Shown here piece by piece: positions 1 through 9,632 of a stretch of 34,513 nucleotides of DNA. Made by a program: the position numbers and the translations under genes. A model generated the notes under the pieces. It did no database searches and was not told where the DNA came from. It worked only from the letters and a program-made list of their open reading frames with translations. Origin of the DNA: Nemertoderma westbladi (Eukaryota > Animalia > Xenacoelomorpha); the NCBI GenBank assembly GCA_032718475.1, contig JAUCBJ010007472.1, positions 1-34,513 on the forward strand. The letters are read 5' to 3'. The stretch's first letter is position 1. Every line of letters starts with the position of its first letter.

Positions 1-2246
1 CACTTAGTTACTAAGTCTAATAAATATGCTCTCTTAGTAAGTCTAATAAATATGCTCATTAAGTTAGTAAGTCTAATAAATATGCTCACTAAGTTAGTAA
101 GTCTAATAAATATAATCACTAAGTTACTAAGTCTAATAAAATGATCACTTAGTATGTCTAATAAATATGCTCATTAAGTTACTAAGTCTAATAAAATGAT
201 CACTTAGTATGTCTAATAAATATGCTCATTAAGTTAGTAAGTCTAATAAATATGCTCACTAAGTTACTGAGTCGAATAAATATGTTCACTAAGTTACTAA
301 GTCTAATAAATATACTCACTAAGTTTCTAAGTCTAATAAATATGCTCACAAAGTTAGTAAGTCTAATAAATATACTAACTAAGTTACTAAGTCTAATAAA
401 TATACTCACTAAGTTACTAAGTCTAACAAATATACTCACAAAGTTACTAAGTCTAATAAATATGCTCATTAAGTTACTAAGTCTAATAAATATGCTCATT
501 AAGTTAGTAAGTCTAATAAATATGCTCACTAAGTTACTGAGTCGAATAAATATGTTCAATAAGTTACTAAGTCTAATGAATATACTCACTAAGTTTCTAA
601 GTCTAATAAATATGCTCACAAAGTTAGTAAGTCTAATAAATATACTCACTAAGTTACTGAGTCGAATAAATATGTTCACTAAGTTACTAAGTCTAATAAA
701 TATACTCACTAAGTTTCTAAGTCTAATAAATATGCTCACAAAGTTAGTAAGTCTAATAAATATAATCACTAAGTTACTAAGTCTAATAAATATACTCACT
801 AAGTTACTAAGTCTAATAAATATGCTCATTAAGTTACTAAGTCTAATAAATATGCTCATTAAGTTTGTAAGTCTAATAAATATGCTCACTAAGCTACTGA
901 GTCGAATAAATATGTTCACTAAGTTACTAAGTCTAATAAATATGCTCATTAAGTTACTGAGTCGAATAAATATGTTCACCAAGTTACTAAGTCTAATAAA
1001 TATGTTCACTAAGTTACTAAGTCTAATAAATATGCTCATTAAGTTACTAAGTCGAATAAATATGCTCATTAAGTTTGTAAGTCTAATAAATATGCTCACT
1101 AAGTTTTTTATTCCAATAAACATGCACACTATAAGTTAGTAAGTCTAAAAAATATGCTCACTAAGTTACTAAGTCTAATAAATATGCTCACAAAGTTAGT
1201 AAGTCTAATAAATATACTCACTAAGTTACTAAGTCTAATAAATATACTCACTAAGTTACTAAGTCTAATAAATATACTCACTAAGTTACTAAGTCTAATA
1301 AATATGCTCATTAAGTTAGTAAGTCTAATAAATATGCTCACTAAGTTACTGAGTCGAGTAAATATGTTCACTAAGTTACTAAGTCTAATAAATATACTCA
1401 CTAAGTTACTGAGTCGAATAAATATGTTCACTAAGTTACTAAGTCTAATAAATATACTCACTAAGTTACTAAGTCTAATTAATATACTCACTAAGTTACT
1501 AAGTCTAATAAATATGCTCATTAAGTTACTAAGTCTAATAAATATGCTCATTAAGTTTGTAAGTCTAATAAATATGCTCACAAAGTTTTTTATTCCAATA
1601 AACATGCACACTATAAGTTAGTAAGTCTAAAAAATATGCTCACTAAGTTACTAAGTCTAATAAATATGCTCACAAAGTTAGTAAGTCTAATGAATATACT
1701 CACTAAGTTACTAAGTCTAATAAATATACTCACTAAGTTACTAAGTCTAATAAATATACTCACTAAGTTACTAAGTCTAATAAATATGCTCATTAAGTTA
1801 GTAAGTCTAATAAATATGCTCACTAAGTTACTGAGTCGAATAAATATGCTCATTAAGTTAGTAAGTCTAATAAATATGCTCACTAAGTTACTGAGTCGAA
1901 TAAATATGCCTACTGAAGTTACTAAGTCTAATAAATATGATCACTAAGTTACTGAATCTAATAAATATGCTCACTAAGTTAGTAAATCTTATAAATATAC
2001 TCACCAAGTTACTAAGTCTAATAAATATGCTCACTAAGTTTTTTATTCCAATAAACATGCACACTATAAGTTAGTACGTCTAAAAAATATGCTCAATAAG
2101 TTACTAAGTCTAATAAATATGCTCATTAAGTTACTAAGTCTAATAAATATGCTTAATAAGTTAGTAAGTCTAATAAATATGCTCACTAAGTTACTAAGTC
2201 TAATAAATATGCTCATTAAGTTACAAAGTTTAATAAATATACTTAC
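1..2246. repeat. 30-bp tandem satellite (consensus AAGTTACTAAGTCTAATAAATATGCTCACT), about 75 copies, intronic
   Basis: Clear 30-bp periodicity. A variant block (AAGTTTTTTATTCCAATAAACATGCACACTAT) recurs at ~1101, ~1583 and ~2036. The 10-aa-periodic ORFs on both strands are by-products of the repeat. Confidence 0.97.
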
Positions 2247-2324
2247 TCTGCTTAAGTGTTTCTCCTTGTTGACATCGTGAACAGGACTTTTATTTCGCCT
2301 TAATTCTTCTAAAAGGTATTCCAA
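2247..2324 (-). CDS. MYO18: Internal exon (78 bp, phase 0/0) of a myosin-XVIII-like coiled-coil tail: LEYLLEELRRNKSPVHDVNKEKHLSR
   Basis: Minus-strand acceptor TTTGCAG ends at 2325 and donor GTAAGT lies at 2246-2241. The exon joins in frame to exon 2626-2808. It aligns by eye to MYO18A as recalled ([30 protein letters not shown]). Confidence 0.8.
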
Positions 2325-2381
2325 CTGCAAATAATATATAATGATATATTTTTAATATTATATAATAATATGTAATAGTTA

Positions 2382-2413
2382 ACTACAACTACTACTACTA
2401 CTAGGTCGAGCGA
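2382..2413 (-). mobile_element. Extremely 5'-truncated RTE LINE 3' end with (TAG)n tail
   Basis: ACTACAACTACTACTACTACTAGGTCGAGCGA matches the 3' terminus of the RTE copy at 12230-12259, including the CAA variant within the tail. Confidence 0.75.
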
Positions 2414-2625
2414 GCAACTAAAGCAATGAAATAACGTAATAAATTTCTTTAAACTAAAGTATTATAACATTCCGGGAAGAAGGAGATTTTAGTTGAATCA
2501 TTATCGTTACTCTTTAACTATAATTAACTACCGTTTACAGTTTGTTGTTTAATTAACTAAAGTACTTAACAGCTTTTAGTAATAAATTAACTAAAGTACT
2601 AACAGCTGTTAGGTAATTCACTAAC

Positions 2626-2808
2626 TTCTCGCTTTTCTTTATTAACGGCTTTCAATTCCAGCTCCCCTTCCTCCAGTTGGTGTTCCATTACTTTCCATCT
2701 CTTTGAGTTGGCTTCTCTCAGGGCATCTATCTCATTATCTCGACTATCTACCTCGCGAACTAACTGTTTACGCAGTCTCTCGCACTCAACTTCCGACTTT
2801 AATTTGCT
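2626..2808 (-). CDS. MYO18: Internal exon (183 bp, phase 0/0) of a myosin-XVIII-like coiled-coil tail: SKLKSEVECERLRKQLVREVDSRDNEIDALREANSKRWKVMEHQLEEGELELKAVNKEKRE
   Basis: Acceptor TTTGTCTTCCAG ends at 2809 and donor GTTAGT starts at 2625. The 61 codons have heptad character and align without gaps to MYO18A as recalled ([61 protein letters not shown]). Confidence 0.85.
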
Positions 2809-3253
2809 CTGGAAGACAAACAAACATGGTTGATTAGACTGGTATGAACGGCAATATATTAATACCTATTATTATTTGGTTTTCAAAAAAATTAAACCCA
2901 AATTTTCAGCCTTCCCAACTTTATTTCCCAACCAATTTTACCATCTTTCATACTGTATGTTCTTCGACAACCTCACATTCAATATAATATTGTATTATAT
3001 GGTATTCTTAATCATAGCATCAACCAGAGACACCGATTACAGTCAATAATAGCAGCCGAAGAAGCAATGAATGGTTTTATGGAACATATTCCATTACTTC
3101 ATATCGATGTTGTTCCAACGCCTGGCTCGCTACCTAGACCATATGGTGTTCTGTTTGGGGACTGACAAGCAGGCAATGGCCGTCCTTCCAGCCGCCGATC
3201 ACCCAGTTGAAAGTCCAGAAAGGTCGTGATCCCGACTGGCATGTTGGTGTATT

Positions 3254-3394
3254 GAACCATCCCTTCGCGGCCGAACCATTCCAACCCACCCCACCACCGA
3301 ACCACCCCTTCGCGGCCGAACCATTCCAACCCACCCCACCATCGAACCACCCCTTCGCGGCCGAACCATTCCAACCCATTCCACCACCGAACCA
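3254..3394. repeat. GC-rich 45-bp tandem repeat, 3 copies
   Basis: Unit GAACCACCCCTTCGCGGCCGAACCATTCCAACCCACCCCACCACC starts at 3254, 3299 and 3344, with a partial start at 3389. Confidence 0.9.
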
Positions 3395-3699
3395 AATGCC
3401 ATACGCGGGGCATGACTGCCTAATTTAAGAGCTTTAGTTTTAGATATTTTTGATTTGATTAATATAATGATAAATTCAAAGTCCAATATTTCGGCAAAAT
3501 CGACCAAGATACCTATGGTACTGTGTACTGTGGTACTCAATACAACAATAATAATACAGTAATTAATAAATTATTTTTTTTAGTTAAAATCCCCCCTGGA
3601 TACTCCCATGCTGTAAAACATTATTACATTAAATTTTTCGAACCTTTCATCATCTGTACGTAAACACCATAGAATAATATTGATAATGATTCCCTATGT

Positions 3700-3830
3700 A
3701 AAACCAAGACAATAGATAAGCCGTAACGCGACTTTATAAGTAGCCGTAACGCGACTTTGAAAGTCGCGTTACGGCTACTCTGAAAATTAGCCGTAACGCG
3801 ACTTTCCGTAACGCGACTTTAGCCGTACCG
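3700..3830. repeat. Cluster of (AG)CCGTAACGCGACTTT motifs with a perfect 20-bp-arm hairpin; probable MITE remnant
   Basis: Five motif copies. 3739-3758 and 3760-3779 are exact reverse complements around a 1-nt loop. The core AAAGTCGCGTTACG also occurs at ~20031 inside the MULE MITE. Confidence 0.8.
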
Positions 3831-4010
3831 CCACTGCACCCTCGAGACCCACCGTTCAAGCCATTGACATAAACTTTAACTCTTGGTGAAAAAGTTATCG
3901 GATAAATAATCTACAAAATGATTCCATATTTTCTACGAATTGTGATTAAACGAATTCCACTTTTCGGAGTAGGCGCTATCGGTATTGTGAATTTAGTATT
4001 TGTGGCGCAA

Positions 4011-4336
4011 CGGAGGCGTAGCGAGACCTTCTGGCGCCCAGAGGAATAAAACGGAGATAGTCCCCCATATCTAATAGTATATAACTATACCAAATCAATT
4101 ATACACTAGTCTCATATTATGCACTTATAATATATATATTGAATGGCGAGCGAAGGGAGCAGATAAAATTTTTACATTTTTCGCTTATGACATGTCCTGT
4201 AAAATACTGTATCACAATCCCTGACTTTTCTCTAAATTGTCCTATTTTTAGAAGAATTCCCTGACATTTCAGCGCCCCTGGCTGAGTGCCGCCAGGGGAA
4301 CATCTCCTCGCTCCGGACCCCTTCGCTACGCCTATG
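4011..4336. mobile_element. Non-autonomous hAT-type MITE (326 bp)
   Basis: Imperfect TIRs CGGAGGCGTAGCGA / TCGCTACGCCTATG, and an exact 8-bp TSD TGGCGCAA at 4003-4010 and 4337-4344. Confidence 0.85.
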
Positions 4337-5404
4337 TGGCGCAACTAAAGTATCAAAGTCAAGAATTTTGGTCAACATTAACTCATTTTATTTCACACTA
4401 CTGAAAATAGTAATATGATAGAATGATATATAGAAGTCAAATTATAATTGATTGCTTGATGGTTTGCTTTCATTTCAACTCGATATTATAACTTGAGACG
4501 GGCCTAGCGGGTCCTTGAAGCAATTCATAAGACAGTACGAGTCAAGTAAAAGCTTTTTGTTCTGTCCGATAAATTAGTGTGAGCGTAGTCCCGGTGTACG
4601 AGCAACTTTCTACACAACTTCAAACTATAATTATTATGTTGTAATCATCTAATGAATTATAACAGCTGTTGCGATTATAGAAGATAGAGAGCAGTTAGCA
4701 AAATTATTATTCTTCTGTTCTGTTGGATAGAGTAGTTGGAGAAGAGTCGAGGTGTATTGATAATATATTGATATGTTGATAATAATAGTTGTCATGAATT
4801 CAATACAATCAATCGCGCCAAAGAGGTAAGACGAAATCGTTCTTATTTTTGTACATTGTAAAGTAGTTGAAAGTGTAAAGTTGTGTGTAAAGTTGTAAAG
4901 TGTAAAGTTGAAATGTTCCAATTTTAAACCGCGATTTAACAATTATATTATTATTATAGCAGAGTACATTTCAGTACAATTAGTAGGCCTACCCAATAGT
5001 ACAACAACACAAACACAACATAGCACAGTGAGTAACCTTGTAGATATTCCCATAGGATTCACTGGGAAGTGGGAAGAGCTATCAGCTGGGGTAATACAAT
5101 ACATTACAAACTTACGACTTAGTAATAAATCAATTCCAGCTCAATTTTCCCATTAAGACTACAAACATCAAAATTCCAGAATTAATTTACGGTTTGTTAT
5201 AAAAAAAAAAGGTTAAGAAGATGAAGCCACCGTTTTTATAGTGGTGCTCCTTGTCTACCAATCAGGCGGCCCTATGGATTCCATCCCCAGAATGAATAGC
5301 ACTGTTTGGGAATGCTTTAAATGTTGCAGCCTAACTCATCCCAAGCCTTCACTCTTGACTGGTCGATAAATGGGTACCAAGGCAACTTGAGAGACAGAGT
5401 CAAG

Positions 5405-6870
5405 GATTTACTGTGGAAAATAACCCATGATGGCAAACAGGTTAGGAAACATAGTGGACGTGTTTACAAGATCACCCATGGTGGTGAACACGCATTCCTT
5501 TAGGAAACAGAGTGGAAGGGTTTACTGTGGAAGATCACCCATGGTGATGAACAGGCATTCCTTTAGGAAACAGGAAAGGTTTACTGTGGAAGATCACCCA
5601 TGGTGGTGAACAGGCATTCCTTTAGGAAACATAGTGGACGTGTTTACAAGATCACCCATGGTGTTGAACAGGCATTCCTTTGGGAAACAGATTGGAAGGG
5701 ATAACTGTGGAGCATCACCCATGGTGGTGAACAGGCATTCCTTTAGGAAACAGAGTGGAAGGGTTTACTGTGTAAGATCACCCATGATGGTGAACAGGCA
5801 TTCCTTTAGGAAACGTAGTGGATGTGTTTACAAGATCACCCATGGTGGACGGTGGTGAACAGGCACTCATTTAGGAAACATAGTGGACGTGTTTACAAGA
5901 TCACCCATGGTGGTGAACAGGCATTCCTCTAGGAAACAGAGTGGTAGGGTTTACTGTGGAAGATCACCCATGGTGATGAACAGGCATTCCTTTGGGAAAC
6001 AAAGTGGAATGGTTTACTGTGGAAGATCACCCATGGTGGTGAACAGGCATTCCTTTAGGAAACATAGTGGACGTGTTTACAAGATCACCCATGGTGATGA
6101 ACAGGCATTCCTTTGGGAAACAAAGTGGAATGGTTTACTGTGTAAGATCACCCATGATGGTGAACAGGCATTCCTTTAGGAAACGTAGTGGATGTGTTTA
6201 CAAGATCACCCATGGTGGACGGTGGTGAACAGGCACTCATTTAGGAAACATAGTGGACGTGTTTACAAGATCACCCATGGTGGTGAACAGGCATTCCTCT
6301 AGGAAACAGAGTGGTAGGGTTTACTGTGGAAGATCACCCATGGTGATGAACAGGCATTCCTTTTGGAAACAGAGTAGAATGGTTTACTGTGGAAGATCAC
6401 CCATGGTGGTGAACAGGCATTCCTTTTGGAAACAGAGTAGAAGGCATTTACTGTGGAAGATCACCCATGGTGGTGAACAGGCATTCCTTTGGGAAACAGA
6501 TTGGAAGGGTTTACTGTCGAAGATCACCCATGGTGGTGAACAGGCATTCCTTTAGGAAACATAGTGGACGTGTTTACAAGATCACCCATGGTGGTGAACA
6601 TGCATTCCTTCTGGAAACAGAGTAGAATGGTTTACTGTGGAAGATCACACATGGTGGTGAACACTGAACAGGCATTCCTTCTGGAAACAGAGTAGAATGG
6701 TTTACTGTGGAAGATCACCCATGGTGGTGAACAGGCATTCCTTTAGGAAACATAGTGGACGTGTTTACAAGATCACCCATGGTGGTCAACAGGCATTCCT
6801 TTTGGAAACACAGTGGAAGGGTTTACTGTGGAATATCACCCATGGTGCGTGGTGAACAGACATTCCTTGG
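5405..6870. repeat. Minisatellite of interspersed 63-bp and 58-bp monomers
   Basis: Shared core AAGATCACCCATGGTGGTGAACAGGCATTCCTTTAGGAAAC followed by AGAGTGGAAGGGTTTACTGTGG or ATAGTGGACGTGTTTAC. A block recurs at a 370-bp offset (5771 vs 6141). Confidence 0.95.
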
Positions 6871-7204
6871 CATAAGGAGCATAAGATTAGACTACTCGTA
6901 ACAAAAACACTCGCTGAATTAAAAATGTTAAACGAAAGTAAATAGAACAGGTTACAGTGTAATTATGGCTACCAATTAAAGTCACACCAAAATTGATGAT
7001 AATTTCACCAAGAAAATTATATTACACCAATTGTAATAATGTTACCCTAAAAACAGTTTTCAACACCAAATAAAATGAAGTCACCCCAAAATATAATTAT
7101 TCAAACACCAAAATAAATTTTTCAACACCAAAAAAATTATTCACACCAAAATAAATGACAACCTACAAAATAAATACAAATTTTCCCAAAATAAATATAA
7201 ATAT

Positions 7205-7345
7205 GTAGTACAAAACAAAGACCAAGAATTTTTACTGCCCGTTCTATACAAAACAAAGATAGGTAAAGTCGAGTTAGGTCCCAAAGAGCGTTAGGTCCCA
7301 TTGCCATTTAAAGATAATTGGATCTTTGGTCTTTATTTTGTATTC
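7205..7345. mobile_element. Short MITE related to the MULE-type element at 19844-20222
   Basis: Inverted ends TACAAAACAAAGACCAA ... TTGGTCTTTATTTTGTA. Internal AGCGTTAGGTCCCATTGCCATTTA is shared with ~20076-20099. Confidence 0.7.
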
Positions 7346-7494
7346 TTTGTTTTGCTTTGTTTTGTTTTGGATCGTCGGTATAATATGATTAAACATTTTG
7401 TTTGATTTATGGAAATATAATAAATTAATTTGTATAAATAAATTTTCCATAAAATATTTGGTGCTGGAAGAATTTTCGGTTGACAAGGAATTAT

Positions 7495-9025
7495 TTTAGG
7501 GAGATTGAATAATTGTTTTTGGGGGATGAATAATTGTTTTTGGGGGATGAATAATTGTTTTTGGGGGATGAACAATTGTTTTTGGGGGTAGAATAATTGT
7601 TTTTGGGGGATGAATAATTGTTTTTGGGGGATGAATAATTGTTTTTGGGGGATTAATAATTGTTTTTGGGGGATGAATAATTGTTTTTGGGGGATGAACA
7701 ATTGTTTTTGGGGGTAGAATAATTGTTTTTGGGGGATGAATAATTGTTTTTGGGGGATGAACAATTGTTTTTGGGGGATGAATAATTGTTTTTGGGGGAT
7801 GAATAATTGTTTTTGGGGATGAACAATTGTTTTTGGGGGTGGAATAATTGTTTTTGGGGGATGAATAATTGTTTTTGGGGGATGAACAATTGTTTTTGGG
7901 GGATGAATAATTGTTTTTGGGGGATGAATAATTGTTTTTGGGGGATGAATAATTGTTTTTGGGGGATGAACAATTGTTTTTGGGGGATGAATAATTGTTT
8001 TTGGGGGATGAACTTTAATTGTTTTTGGGGGATGAATAATTGTTTTTGGGGGATGGATGAATAATTGTTTTTGGGGGATGAACAATTGTTTTTGGGGGAT
8101 GAATAATTGTTTTTGGGGGATGAATAATTGTTTTTGGGGGATGAATAATTGTTTTTGGGGGATGAATAATTGTTTTTGGGGGATGAATAATTGTTTTTGG
8201 GGGATGAATAATTGTTTTTGGGGGATGAATAATTGTTTTTTGGGGATGAATAATTGTTTTTGGGGGATGAATAATTGTTTTTGGGGGATGAATACTTGTT
8301 TTTGGGGGATGAACAATTATTGTTTTTGGGGATGAATAATTGTTTTTGGGGGATGAATAATTGTTTTTGGGGGATGAATAATTGTTTTTGGGGGATGAAT
8401 AATTGTTTTTGGGGTTGAATAATTGTTTTTGGGGGATGAATACTTGTTTTTGGGGGTTGAATGATTGTTTTTGGGGGATGAACAATTATTGTTTTTGGGG
8501 ATGAATTATTGTTTTTGGTGGATGAATAATTGTTTTTTGGGGATGAATAATTGTTTTTGGGGGATGAATAATTGTTTTTTGGGGATGAATAATTGTTTTT
8601 GGGGGATGAATAATTGTTTTTGGGGTTGAATAATTGTTTTTGGGGGATGAATACTTGTTTTTGGGGGTTGAATGATTGTTTTTGGGGGATGAACAATTAT
8701 TGTTTTTGGGGATGAATTATTGTTTTTGGAGGATGAATAATTGTTTTTGGTGGATGAATAATTGGTTTTGGGGGATGAATAATTGTTTTTGGGGGATGAA
8801 TAATTGTTTTTGGGGGATGAATAATTGTTTTTGGGGTATGAATAATTGTTTTTGGGGTTGAATAATTGTTTTTGGGGGATGAATAATTGTTTTTGGGGTT
8901 GAATAATTGTTTTTGGGGGATGAATACTTGTTTTTGGGGGTTGAATGATTGTTTTTGGGGGATGAACAATTATTGTTTTTGGGGATGAATTATTGTTTTT
9001 GGTGGATGAATAATTGTTTTTGGTG
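7495..9025. repeat. 21-bp G/T-rich tandem satellite (TTGTTTTTGGGGGATGAATAA), about 70 copies
   Basis: 21-bp periodicity with strong strand asymmetry. The 7-aa-periodic ORFs (FIPQKQL etc.) are by-products. Confidence 0.97.
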
Positions 9026-9632
9026 AGAAAGATATTCAAAATTGGATAATGTAAATTGGTGCATGAAAAAAAATATATTTATTATGAAATTTGGTATATT
9101 TTATATTTGGTAATTATATTAATATATTTATTATAATTTTTTTGGTGTGAAATCATCTAATTTGGGGTGGCATTATATCTAGAGTAATCAGCTGATATTG
9201 GCGTCGATTTTCCCACGGAGAGGGATGAATTTTGATTGCGTCCCCCCCAAATAATTGGACGTTATGTTACAGTGCTGTTGATAATGATAATCTCCGTTGT
9301 ATGATAAATATCTGTTTCGAGAAGATTTTCTGCGCCCAAACTGACATGTAAACGTGCTGGGAAGAGTCCCGTAACTCAATATAAAATACCAGGTCGTCTG
9401 CGAATAATAATAATTCACTTGCGATAAAGCTGGATATCTTGCGATTTACAATATAAATAAGAAAGGAATGAGACTAGCTTGGAGGACTTTAATATTTAAC
9501 TCTTTCGTCGCGGTTTGACGTTCTCTATTGATACTATCTCTAAGGTACGAGATGCAACAGTAGAACTATAATTAGTTCCTCGGAAATTATAAATATATTT
9601 ATAAATAACAAAAACTATTAAATACTCTATTA

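Larger units (their letters stand above)
6964..9178. mobile_element. Degenerate inverted-repeat element hosting the 21-bp satellite
   Basis: The left part (6980-7190) carries many CACCAAAA / ATTATTCACACCAAAATA motifs and the right part carries the reverse complement TTTTGGTG / TTTGGGGTGGCATTAT. No TSD was identified and the ends are approximate. Confidence 0.4.

Noticed and set aside
200-1947. Long ORFs on both strands with LRR-like 10-aa periodicity
   Set aside because: They result from a stop-free 30-bp satellite: both strands are open and the variation shows no codon pattern.
5405-6870. CRISPR-like array or tandem hammerhead ribozymes
   Set aside because: There are no unique spacers and no cas genes, and the context is eukaryotic. 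The monomer has GTG(G/A)TGA...GAAAC rather than the CUGANGA core with stems I-III.
7333-9039. Pro/Lys-rich repetitive ORFs (up to 347 aa)
   Set aside because: They are translations of the 21-bp satellite and drift between frames at homopolymer indels.
9188-9418. Possible minus-strand exon after a TTCGCAG acceptor
   Set aside because: The frames I examined end in stops and show no myosin or other recognisable similarity.
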